A stretch of DNA of 64,000 bases from a virus, in IMG/VR virus record IMGVR_UViG_3300003323_000328, positions 1-64,000 of that record. The stretch is one strand, 5' to 3'. The translations under genes and the position numbers were made by a program. Shown here in pieces: positions 45,463 through 55,316 of the stretch (positions are counted from its first letter, which is position 1; every line of letters begins with the position of its first letter). Below the pieces are notes generated by a model. That model ran no database searches. It was not told the DNA's origin and worked only from the letters and a program-made list of their open reading frames with translations.

Positions 45463-46116
45463 ATGGCAAGTTTATGGCAGGCTGCTTCTATCTTAGCTGA
45501 TAGAGCTGGTAAGAGAACAGATATAACCTTCATTCAGCAAATGAAGGATTTAGTTGTTATTAAACGTGCTAGAATAATTGCTAATAGTCTTTCTAAGTCT
45601 AGTAATGCAGATAGATTTTATCTACAATCTTTTGATATAGATTTAAAATTAATTGATAAAACTGATGAATGTAGTCAGGAGGTCCCTGAATGTTGTGATA
45701 AAGCTTGGAAAACAATAGATAAAATACCACAACCAATTAGATATGGAGTGCATCCATTTAATTATGTAGGAGGACCAGGAGGAAACATGCCTTTTGGTTA
45801 TACTACTTTTGGAACTGAATATTTTATGCAAAAACGACCTATTGCTGGAAAGAGAGGTCGTTATACATATTCTAATGATTATATTTATACCTTTAATAAA
45901 GAAGTTCCATTTATTAGAATAGAAGGTGTTTTCTCTGATCCTAGAAAAGTTGCTAAGTTTAGAGCATGTGGAACTACCACACCTTGTTATTCTGATGAAC
46001 AAGAATTTCCTATTGATGAACAAAACCTAGAAATTATAATTAAAGATATAACTAACGAACTTCGCTTTAATCTTCCTGATCAACCTACCCAAGTTAAAAT
46101 AGACCATGATCAATAA
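45463..46116 (+). CDS. putative tail ring protein (start reassigned to MASLWQ)
   Basis: IEGVFSDP...C....C...EFPI pattern; synteny. Confidence 0.6.
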   Translation: MASLWQAASILADRAGKRTDITFIQQMKDLVVIKRARIIANSLSKSSNADRFYLQSFDIDLKLIDKTDECSQEVPECCDKAWKTIDKIPQPIRYGVHPFNYVGGPGGNMPFGYTTFGTEYFMQKRPIAGKRGRYTYSNDYIYTFNKEVPFIRIEGVFSDPRKVAKFRACGTTTPCYSDEQEFPIDEQNLEIIIKDITNELRFNLPDQPTQVKIDHDQ

Positions 46117-46690
46117 AATATCTACCGATCCTACCCGTGTTACAACTTCAGCATTAGATATGTACTATATGTATGCTAACCGGCTTATAGAGAAAGACCC
46201 AACTCTATCTCTAAGAGCTTGGAAATATATTACTGATGGCGAAATTATTAATAAAGAAGGAAAAGTAGTTATTAACTATAGACAGTTTAAAGAAATACTT
46301 TCTGCTTATAATAGGAAAGCAGGAGATAGAGTTATTAAAGGATATACTCTAGATCTTCTTAATGGTTTAGGTAATTTATTCATGGCTAGAATACAAAGAC
46401 CTACCAATTCTAATAGAATAGACTATGGTACTAGCAAAAAACTACGAGCTAAGTTAGAAGCCGAAGGTAAACTTACTGATACTAATTGGCTTGTTCCTTA
46501 TACTGATGATGATTTTATCATGCTTCTTTGGCATAAAAGTAATAAAAAACAGCCGGGAGCACATATATATAAATTTAAAGTAGCAGGAGGTAAACCTGGG
46601 ACTAGTTTTAAGTCTTCTATTAGTATGGCTAATAAACTTAACCCACATTTAAAAGCATTTTATCCATTCTTACCTACTAAAAGTATATGA
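46106..46690 (+). CDS. IHF-like protein of the tail block
   Basis: GYTLDLLNGLGNL..RI..IDYG; synteny with crAss-like tail module. Confidence 0.55.
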   Translation: MINKISTDPTRVTTSALDMYYMYANRLIEKDPTLSLRAWKYITDGEIINKEGKVVINYRQFKEILSAYNRKAGDRVIKGYTLDLLNGLGNLFMARIQRPTNSNRIDYGTSKKLRAKLEAEGKLTDTNWLVPYTDDDFIMLLWHKSNKKQPGAHIYKFKVAGGKPGTSFKSSISMANKLNPHLKAFYPFLPTKSI

Positions 46691-47481
46691 TCTATTCTTA
46701 TATATCTTCTGAAATTATTATAGCAGATTTTTTAAGTAAGACTAAACTGACTGATAGTACTTATGCAGATGATCTATTAGAATGGTTAAAAGAAGGTATA
46801 AATTTATTGAGATTACGTCACATGACTACTCCATCTCATTGTTATATACCTATTAGTTCTAATATAGGTAAACTTCCTTGTGGACTTATATATTTAGATG
46901 GAATTGTATATAATGGTAAAAGACTTAGAAAAGGTACAAGTGGTATAGATACAAGAGTAACTGATCTTCTTATAAAAGAACCTACTAAGGTCCAAACTTA
47001 TTTTGCTACTGATACTACTGATCCGGCTTATCAAAATATTCAGGATTATAAATTAGTTAGAGGAGATGATCTTAAACCTGTTACTGAAATTAATCAAACA
47101 GAATATTACATTACATTTCCTAATCATATTCAAACATCTTTTAAAGAAGGATGTGTTTTAGTTCTTTATAGAAGTTTGCCAGTAGATAAAGAAGGTTATC
47201 CTTTAATACCTGATGAAGGTAATATAAAACAAGCTCTTTTTTGGTGGTTAATGGCTCAAATAACTTTATCTGGTTATAGACATGCTGATCCTAAAATGGA
47301 TTATGATTATTGTGAAGCTAAATTCACTCATTATAGTATAGAGGGTAAAGGTAATATGAAGTATCTTTCTGTTGATCAAAGAGAGTCACTTCTTAGACTC
47401 ACTACTAATCTTATACCTCCTAGAGGTTACTATGAAAAATTCTTTATTAATGGAGAAGAACCAAAATATGTTAAATCATGA
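46687..47481 (+). CDS. tail tubular/ring protein (P22 gp4-like)
   Basis: LPCGL, IQTSFKEG, PVDKEGYPLIPD. Confidence 0.7.
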   Translation: MIYSYISSEIIIADFLSKTKLTDSTYADDLLEWLKEGINLLRLRHMTTPSHCYIPISSNIGKLPCGLIYLDGIVYNGKRLRKGTSGIDTRVTDLLIKEPTKVQTYFATDTTDPAYQNIQDYKLVRGDDLKPVTEINQTEYYITFPNHIQTSFKEGCVLVLYRSLPVDKEGYPLIPDEGNIKQALFWWLMAQITLSGYRHADPKMDYDYCEAKFTHYSIEGKGNMKYLSVDQRESLLRLTTNLIPPRGYYEKFFINGEEPKYVKS

Positions 47482-50400
47482 TAAAGGGACTTACTCAACA
47501 ATTTAGTGGAGAAGGTACACCTAAAGGATATGCTTTCTATGGTAAAAATATTATTATCAATAGTAAACTTGATGAAATTGTAAATGAAAAGGGTTTTAAA
47601 TTAGTTCAAGCATTAGAAAATAATGCTATTACTAACATAGTTGGAATAATTTCATTTGGTTCTAAAATTATATTCTTTTATAAAGCTATTGTAAGTAGTG
47701 CTGAAACTTCTTGTATTGGAGTTTATGATGAAAATACTGATACATTTTCAGTTAAATTAGTAAGAACTGATCTAAATTTTAATATAGACTATCCTGTCAT
47801 TGGTAAGGCAAAGCTAAATTTAGCTGGTAATCTTATTGTAGCTTTTACAGATAATTTTAACCCTCCTAGATATATTAATTTAGATACAGCAAGCCCATCA
47901 GATTCTCTTAGTTTGTATGGTCTTTTTCCATTTTCTACTAACCCTGATATAAATCTAAGTCCAGTAGAAGGTAGTGGAGGTTTTCAAAGTGGTGCTTATT
48001 TAGTAGCTATTCAGTACATAGATCAAAATAAATCTGGTACTAGTTGGAGTCAATTAAGTAATCCTCTATATATAGTTCCTAATAATTTTGGTGATAGTTA
48101 TTTAATTGTACAAGGAGATGGAGGTGGTATCAATACCTCTAAAGGTATTAGAATTGATCTAACTAATTTAGACACTTCTTATAAGAAACTTAAAATAGGA
48201 CTTATATCTAAAATAAAAGATGTAGTTTCTTTTAGAGTTTTTAAAGAAATTAGCTATGCTAGTAGTACATTTAGTACTGTAATTACTGGAGGTGAATTAA
48301 CTACTACCCTTGATATAAGTGAGGTCCTAACAAAAAATCCTGTATTTGATCGAGTGTCTGAAATAGAGTCACTTAATGATCAATTATTTTTAGCGGATTT
48401 TAGGACCACTCCTATCACTGATCTTCAAAAAGTAGCTAATAGAATCAGTATTAAATGGAGAAGTGATAAAACTATTAGTGGAGCTTTTGGAGCAGATGAG
48501 GCTAAAGATGGTAATATAAAAACATATCTCCATGATGAAGTATATGCTTTTTATGTTCAATTCGAATTACCTAATGGAAGTTGGTCTAACTGGTTTCATG
48601 TTCCAGGTAGGGAAATGGAAATTCCTAAATTAGCTGAATCTGATATAGCTAATAGTATTAACCTTAATGGTGTTACTCCTAAAAAGTTTCAATTAGAAGA
48701 TACTGGGACAGTTATTTCTACAGATTCTATTTCTTATGGAGAGGGTTTAATGGGACTTTGGCAAAATGAAGACGAAGTTTATCCTGATAACTTTCCTGAT
48801 TTTGCTGGACAAAAAGTTAGACATCATAGATTTCCTAGCTTAGGATTTATGAAAAGTCTAGTTTATACTAATAATGATATTAATACACAATATATATCAA
48901 GTACTTGGGATATACTGACTGTTAAAACTCAATTAAGTTCGATACCTTCTGAACTTGTAGGAAGATTTACTGGATATAGACTTGGATATGCAAAAAGAGA
49001 TGAAAGTAATATTACTGTTTTAGGTTATGATGTTATACAAAATGCGGGCAATATTGCTCCAGTAGGTGGAGATTCTATTTCAGATACTTTTTTTGCTGGA
49101 CTTGGTGGTAATTGGAAATCAAGATTAAAAACTGGTCCTATAGATATGGTTGTTGGTAATCCTAGTAAAAGTATGCTTAGATTACATTCACCTGATCTTC
49201 TTTATTATAAATTTACTTTACAGAATTTATATCTTAATAATATTAAAAGATTTAAAACTGATACAGTTAATGATACAGTAACTAGCGGAGACATAGAATT
49301 TGGTGAACTTATATATACAAATGTAGATGATTTTGGTAATACTGCAGATAGTATACCAAAAACTAAATCTAGTCATATTACAAATTTCAGATTAAATGTT
49401 CTTAATATGACTATGCCAAGTAATCAGAAATACTTGGCATTAAGTAATGCTAAATATGTTCCACATGGAGTAGAAATATCCGACCCTAATGGTACTATAT
49501 TTAATGTATATTCTGAAGAAATTATTTCTGCTAAAGTAGAAGCTGATCTTCAATTTGATAATTCAGGAGTAGAGAGTGGTGATCCTTATTATTTTGTTAA
49601 TAAAGAAGATCATTTAGATGACAGTTCTCCTAATATATTTGAAGAAACTTATTTTTCTGCAATAAAAACTCTTAGAACTAATTTATTTGTGTCTTATACA
49701 GATCAAACTGTAGTGGGTATAAATAACATAGTAAGAAATTTTACTACTGAAACTCAACATAAAGGAGGAGACGGTTTTGTATGTCTTTACTCTTTTGTCA
49801 CTACTGGTTTTCCACATAAAACCATGTCTGATACTTCTTTTAATGCTGGTATACCACAATCAGGATGGAGAAATCTAAAAGTGTTTATGTGTGAAAGTCG
49901 TATTAATCTTAATCAACGTTATATACAACAAGATTCTGTTAATACCTATTTTTATCCATTTTTAGGTAGTAAGTACTTAAGTAATCAGGAAGATTATTGG
50001 TTATGGAAGATAGACATATTTAATAACGATTTAAATAAATGGCTTTATAATAAAGATAATAATACTATTAATGATTTTGAACAATTTGGCATTTTTGATG
50101 CCTCTGTTCAGGAAATTAATGATTTACCATTCGCAATAGCTAGATCACAGAAAGCTAGTAGAGATTCTGACATTGATGATGGATGGAGGATATTTAAATC
50201 TAATGATATTTTTTATACAGTTAGAGATAGAGGTTATATTATTAATCTAGTAGCATTTGGTACTGATTCTCTTTTAATACATCATGAGAGAGGTTTATTT
50301 AAAACTCGTGATAAAGCTGTACTTCAAACTGACATTACTTTAATATCATTAGGTAGTGGAGATTTATTTGAACTAGAACCACAAGAAGCTACCCCCACTG

Positions 50401-51290
50401 AATATGGTCATGGTGGAACACAGCATAGGTTTTCCTGTATGCTTACTGAAGCTGGTTACTTTTTTGTTGATGCTGAAACAGGAGAAATATTTTTATATAA
50501 AGGGGGAGAAAATTTTACATCTGTTTCTAAAGGTTTTAGAAATTTCTTTTATGAAGCACTTAAAAGAAAAATATACGCTGATAATCCTATAAATGGAGAA
50601 GGACTTACTGTAGGTTTTGATAAACAAAATCTTCGCATAGTGCTTTCTCTAAAAGCAGATGTGTCATTTACCATGTCGTTTGATCTCTTAAAAGAAGAAT
50701 GGGCGTCTTTCCATGATTATATTCCTGACCTATATGTAACTACTAGAAAAAATCTCTATTCTATAAAAAATAATAGTTTTTATACTCACAATAAAGGAGT
50801 AACTGGTAATTTTTATGGTACTATTTATCCTTCATTTGTTGATATAATATTTAATGATGAGCCTCTTCAAGAAAAGATCTTATCTTCTATAGAGTGGGTT
50901 ACTAAAGTGTTTAAAAACAATGTTAATGTTCCTGATGAGACTTTAACACATATAACTATCTGGAATGATTATTTTTGTACAGGTAAAATAGCAATTAATC
51001 CACTTACTAATATATCAGAATATGAAGCTAAAAATGCAAGACAATCAGACAGATCATGGAGATATGATGATATTAAAGGAGCCGTTATTGATCCTACCTT
51101 ACCTTTCATTGATGGGATTTTTAATGATTACCGTCCGATCCCTTCTAATATTGATGTAAACCTGCCCTGGTTCGAACAAGAAGAAATAAGAGGTAAATAC
51201 TTCATTATCCGGTTAGAGTATTCAAATTTCGAAGATAAATCGGTATCTTTAAGAGGATTCATAGCCAACTCAAAAAGGTCAGCACGATGA
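47478..51290 (+). CDS. tail stabilisation / muzzle protein (P22 gp10-like)
   Basis: 1270 aa beta-rich protein; FTDNFNPPRYIN, HDEVYAF, VRHHRFP, WASFHDYIP, IRGKYFIIRL. Confidence 0.8.
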   Translation: MIKGLTQQFSGEGTPKGYAFYGKNIIINSKLDEIVNEKGFKLVQALENNAITNIVGIISFGSKIIFFYKAIVSSAETSCIGVYDENTDTFSVKLVRTDLNFNIDYPVIGKAKLNLAGNLIVAFTDNFNPPRYINLDTASPSDSLSLYGLFPFSTNPDINLSPVEGSGGFQSGAYLVAIQYIDQNKSGTSWSQLSNPLYIVPNNFGDSYLIVQGDGGGINTSKGIRIDLTNLDTSYKKLKIGLISKIKDVVSFRVFKEISYASSTFSTVITGGELTTTLDISEVLTKNPVFDRVSEIESLNDQLFLADFRTTPITDLQKVANRISIKWRSDKTISGAFGADEAKDGNIKTYLHDEVYAFYVQFELPNGSWSNWFHVPGREMEIPKLAESDIANSINLNGVTPKKFQLEDTGTVISTDSISYGEGLMGLWQNEDEVYPDNFPDFAGQKVRHHRFPSLGFMKSLVYTNNDINTQYISSTWDILTVKTQLSSIPSELVGRFTGYRLGYAKRDESNITVLGYDVIQNAGNIAPVGGDSISDTFFAGLGGNWKSRLKTGPIDMVVGNPSKSMLRLHSPDLLYYKFTLQNLYLNNIKRFKTDTVNDTVTSGDIEFGELIYTNVDDFGNTADSIPKTKSSHITNFRLNVLNMTMPSNQKYLALSNAKYVPHGVEISDPNGTIFNVYSEEIISAKVEADLQFDNSGVESGDPYYFVNKEDHLDDSSPNIFEETYFSAIKTLRTNLFVSYTDQTVVGINNIVRNFTTETQHKGGDGFVCLYSFVTTGFPHKTMSDTSFNAGIPQSGWRNLKVFMCESRINLNQRYIQQDSVNTYFYPFLGSKYLSNQEDYWLWKIDIFNNDLNKWLYNKDNNTINDFEQFGIFDASVQEINDLPFAIARSQKASRDSDIDDGWRIFKSNDIFYTVRDRGYIINLVAFGTDSLLIHHERGLFKTRDKAVLQTDITLISLGSGDLFELEPQEATPTEYGHGGTQHRFSCMLTEAGYFFVDAETGEIFLYKGGENFTSVSKGFRNFFYEALKRKIYADNPINGEGLTVGFDKQNLRIVLSLKADVSFTMSFDLLKEEWASFHDYIPDLYVTTRKNLYSIKNNSFYTHNKGVTGNFYGTIYPSFVDIIFNDEPLQEKILSSIEWVTKVFKNNVNVPDETLTHITIWNDYFCTGKIAINPLTNISEYEAKNARQSDRSWRYDDIKGAVIDPTLPFIDGIFNDYRPIPSNIDVNLPWFEQEEIRGKYFIIRLEYSNFEDKSVSLRGFIANSKRSAR

Positions 51291-52438
51291 AAAAATATAA
51301 GTTAAAAAGGAATTATCAAATGGGAGGATATGTAGCTGATCCTATGGGAGTTGGTAATAGTACTGATGAACGTAAGGCAGATCAAGCTACTAAAGCTGGT
51401 ATAGGAATAGTTACTGCTATTAATCCAATAGTTGGAGGTGGATTAGCTTTAGGATCAGCTATAGGCAGCACTACTATGGATGATAACGGTATTTATAAAA
51501 GTAAATCAGGAGAAATAATAGATAATAATATAAATCCTGTTACTGGAGTAAGAAATGTTTTGGATCTTGCTAAACATCCAGATGGAAGTTCTTTATTAAA
51601 TTTGGCTTCCGGTGGTATGTTTGGAAGTAATAGAAGACAAAGAGAAAAAGAAGCTGCTCTAGAAAAACAAAGACAAGATAATTTAAATAAGTTTAATTCT
51701 TTTATTACTGACAGAAGTAATTCTATTCTAGCTGATTATGATGTTTATGGTAATAAAGAAGAAGCTAGTTTATATCAAATGGGTGGTAAATTAAAACCAC
51801 TTAACTCAGATACAGTAGAAGTAAAAGGTCCTAGTCATGCAGAAGGAGGAGTTAAGATAGGAGGAGGAACTGAGTTAGAAGGAAATGAAACTGTAGCTGA
51901 TGATTTTGTTTTCTCTGATTATTTAGGTTTTGCAGATAAACATAAAAAATTAGCAAAACAGATAGGAGTAGTAGAGAAAAAACCGCTTAACAATGAAAGA
52001 AGAGTTACATTAGAAATTCTTCGCAAAAAAGAACAAGCTCTAAAAGAACAGCAGGAACAAACAAAACAGTCTTTAGGTATACCTTCTTCAGATACATATC
52101 AAATGGGCGGTAGATTAATGGATCTTACTACTGGAGAAGCTTATACTGAACCAGAAGGAACACCTCCTTATACTGTAGCAGGTGGATTTACGAAAGTTGA
52201 AAGAGACTTTAGTAAAGAACCTTTTACTTTAGATGAATGGAGGTATAAAAGTGATGCTATAGATAGAGATTATAATAAATATCCTATAACAGCAGACGAA
52301 ATAAAAGGGTGGACACAATCTCTTAAAGATAGAGATTTAGCTTATCAAAGAGAAGCTGTTAGACAATACGGCACTAAATTAGATTTGAGTAAACATTGGG
52401 CTAATTTTAAAAGTAATGGCAGCAGGAAAACTAAATAA
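51287..52438 (+). CDS. virion cargo/ejection protein
   Basis: Gly/Ala-rich hydrophobic helix, GPSHAEGGV..ELEGNE, three YQMGG motifs. Confidence 0.6.
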   Translation: MKKYKLKRNYQMGGYVADPMGVGNSTDERKADQATKAGIGIVTAINPIVGGGLALGSAIGSTTMDDNGIYKSKSGEIIDNNINPVTGVRNVLDLAKHPDGSSLLNLASGGMFGSNRRQREKEAALEKQRQDNLNKFNSFITDRSNSILADYDVYGNKEEASLYQMGGKLKPLNSDTVEVKGPSHAEGGVKIGGGTELEGNETVADDFVFSDYLGFADKHKKLAKQIGVVEKKPLNNERRVTLEILRKKEQALKEQQEQTKQSLGIPSSDTYQMGGRLMDLTTGEAYTEPEGTPPYTVAGGFTKVERDFSKEPFTLDEWRYKSDAIDRDYNKYPITADEIKGWTQSLKDRDLAYQREAVRQYGTKLDLSKHWANFKSNGSRKTK

Positions 52439-53300
52439 ATACTACAAAAAATATCAATTTGGTGGTATTAATCAGAATATTGCTAATATAGATTGGCAAT
52501 CAGTAATGGATGATCAAAATCAGCCTAAAACTAATGGAGTTAATTGGAGTAATCTTGCTGGAACTGGTGTATCTCTACTTAGTAATTTAAGTAACATCAA
52601 TAGAACTTTACCTACTCCTCAAGCACCAACTTTAGAAGACACTATTAATCCATCTTTAGTTAATTTTAATGCTGATAAACTTGGATTAGAGAAAGCATTA
52701 AGAGGAGTTAATTCTGGTATAGATAGAGTATCTTCTAATTCTGGTAGAGCTAATGCACAAAAGGTAGCTAATTTTTCTAACTATCTGGAGGAACGTGGTA
52801 AATTAGCTCAGGCTGAAAATAATCTTAATGCTAGTATTATTAATAATACTAATCAATTTAATACTGGTGTTAAAGCAAGAAATGTTGAAAGACAAAATTC
52901 TTTTAAAGATGCTTTACTAGCTAGAAGTTTAAGACAAAATCAACTTGCGGCTGAGAATGTTTCTGATATAGGTAATAAAATACAAGCAAGTAGAAGAGAT
53001 AATGCTTTAATGAATTTAGAAGAACAAAAACTTAGTATACTTCCCAGAGTTTATAAGGATAGTGGAGTTCTTAATAGAAATCTATCTGATTTATATGACC
53101 AACAATTAAATAATTACGAAATGGGGGGTAAGATATATATAAAACCCGAAAATAGAGGAACATTTACAGAAGCTGCTACTGAACATGGTATGGGAGTACA
53201 AGGATTTGCTTCTAAAGTTTTAGCAAATAAAGGAAAGTATTCTCCTTCTATGGTTAAAAAAGCAGTATTTGCTAAAAATGCGTCTAAATGGAATCGTTAA
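52416..53300 (+). CDS. virion cargo/ejection protein
   Basis: Asn/Gln-rich coiled coil; C-terminal IKPENRGTFT...FAKNASKW module. Confidence 0.6.
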   Translation: MAAGKLNKYYKKYQFGGINQNIANIDWQSVMDDQNQPKTNGVNWSNLAGTGVSLLSNLSNINRTLPTPQAPTLEDTINPSLVNFNADKLGLEKALRGVNSGIDRVSSNSGRANAQKVANFSNYLEERGKLAQAENNLNASIINNTNQFNTGVKARNVERQNSFKDALLARSLRQNQLAAENVSDIGNKIQASRRDNALMNLEEQKLSILPRVYKDSGVLNRNLSDLYDQQLNNYEMGGKIYIKPENRGTFTEAATEHGMGVQGFASKVLANKGKYSPSMVKKAVFAKNASKWNR

Positions 53301-53303
53301 TTT

Positions 53304-55316
53304 ATGGCTACTAGTTCTTTATATGATTTAGTAAGTGGTTCTAATTCTGAATATGTTCCACAATTTATTGGTTCAAATTATAATGAACTTAATGATGCGG
53401 CAGCTAAATTAGATCAAAGGTATAGAGAAAATAAAGACTATACTGATAAAATAGCTATTATGCTTGCTCAAGAAAAATATCTTGATGGGGATAAAGCTAT
53501 TAAAGATAATCTGGCAAAATCTATTTACGGTTCTGTTAATAAGATAGCAGAATCTGATAAAAGTTTTGAAAATTCATCTGCTGCTGTTAGTCAATTAGCT
53601 AGAGACTTTTTTACTAATGAACATAGAATAGCTGCACTGGATAACTACAAGAAAGTACAAGAAGCTAAAGAACTTAGAAATAAATTAGGAGCTAATGCTC
53701 TTAATTTTGGTGATAACCCAGATACATTTTCTACTTTAGATCAACAAGGTAATATTCGTAATTTCAATAATGCTATAGAACAAAGGGGAGATTATTCTGG
53801 TAGAATGCAACAACTTTTAGGAAAGGTTGCAGATGATGGTTATACTACTAGTCCAACTGGACAAAAAATCGAATTTGATAACTATGAACGTTATTTAATT
53901 AAATCTGGACAAGTAAATAAAATTAGTAAAGATAAACTTAATGCTTTAGTAGAAGGTTTACTTCCTTCTTATAAAAGTTCTGCTGAAGGAACTCAAGATT
54001 TACGTAGACTTCAACAACTAGAAGGATTAAAGAATACTCCAGTTACTATACCCATTTATGATAATAAAGGTAAAGTAATAGGACAAAGACAAACTACTCC
54101 TATTGATGAAGATATAAGACAAAGATTTAGAGCTATTGCAGCTCCTCAACAATTTACAAATAGTAATACTCGTTGGGATGATTTTGGTCTTCCAGTAGGA
54201 ACAAAAGGTAAAAATCCTTTAGAAGATGGAGAAGGAGTATATACTCCCACAGCACCTAGTGCTGTAACTGATAATACAACTTTAAATGCTATTCCAGATG
54301 CTGAATCTTTGTATGATCCAGCTATAAGCACTAAGAATGAAGATGGAACTTATACACAATGGATAGATAAAACTACTGGACAACCAGTACAAAAAGCTTT
54401 ATTACCCAAACCTCAGGGACAAAAAGGAGAGCCAAATGTTTTCTACGAAAGTGAAATAAATCGTTATAAACCAGTTAAAATTTCTCCTGAACAAATAGAA
54501 ACTGAACTTCAAAGTCAGTATAATAAAACTAATAGTGCTATTCCAGGTCAATATAAAAACTTCCAAGATTTTAAAGATTCTTATAAAGCTGCTGTAACGA
54601 ATCAAAAGAAAATTACTCCTTCTGGAAATGTTATCGCACCTAATCAAGCAGATCAATATGACGATATGCTTAATAGATCAATAGGTAGTTCTCCTCTTTA
54701 CTTTAAGGAAGGTTCTGAGCCAGTACAAGGATTAGATGCGTTAGCTGCTAAAATAGGTACTAGTCCTAGTAATATTAAAGTAAAAGCTACTAAAGTTTTA
54801 TATGATAGTCCTAGAGCTGATCTTCCGGGAGGTTATGTAGAAGCCAAGATTGAAGTAAGTGATTCTAAAGTTAAAGAACATCCTACTACTGTATTTGTTC
54901 CACTTTCAGATCAATTTGTTGCTTTAGCTAAACCTATTGACGATCTATATAAAAATAGTTTTTATCAAGGCAAAGATACATTTACTCCTGATAACCCTTA
55001 TGTACCTGAAGTTAATGGTAGACCAATGAAGGATAGTAATGGTTCTATTCTCTCTTTTTATACTGTAACTTCTCCTATTCCTAAAAGCCAGCAAAAAGCT
55101 GGTCAACCGGGATTTAGAACTATAGTTTATACGAGTAAAATAGTTCCTAATGGTTCTGGAGGTTATGATGTAATTCCAGGTGAACAGCCACCTATGCCTA
55201 TAGGACAGTGGAAACAAGAAATGACTAAAATTTTAGAACCTAGCTTTAAAGCTGTACTTAATTCTGGTCAGACATTTAACAGTAAAGATTATAAAGAACA
55301 AGGACTTGAATACTAA
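53304..55316 (+). CDS. virion cargo protein
   Basis: 670 aa, N-terminal YVPQF; synteny. Confidence 0.55.
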   Translation: MATSSLYDLVSGSNSEYVPQFIGSNYNELNDAAAKLDQRYRENKDYTDKIAIMLAQEKYLDGDKAIKDNLAKSIYGSVNKIAESDKSFENSSAAVSQLARDFFTNEHRIAALDNYKKVQEAKELRNKLGANALNFGDNPDTFSTLDQQGNIRNFNNAIEQRGDYSGRMQQLLGKVADDGYTTSPTGQKIEFDNYERYLIKSGQVNKISKDKLNALVEGLLPSYKSSAEGTQDLRRLQQLEGLKNTPVTIPIYDNKGKVIGQRQTTPIDEDIRQRFRAIAAPQQFTNSNTRWDDFGLPVGTKGKNPLEDGEGVYTPTAPSAVTDNTTLNAIPDAESLYDPAISTKNEDGTYTQWIDKTTGQPVQKALLPKPQGQKGEPNVFYESEINRYKPVKISPEQIETELQSQYNKTNSAIPGQYKNFQDFKDSYKAAVTNQKKITPSGNVIAPNQADQYDDMLNRSIGSSPLYFKEGSEPVQGLDALAAKIGTSPSNIKVKATKVLYDSPRADLPGGYVEAKIEVSDSKVKEHPTTVFVPLSDQFVALAKPIDDLYKNSFYQGKDTFTPDNPYVPEVNGRPMKDSNGSILSFYTVTSPIPKSQQKAGQPGFRTIVYTSKIVPNGSGGYDVIPGEQPPMPIGQWKQEMTKILEPSFKAVLNSGQTFNSKDYKEQGLEY

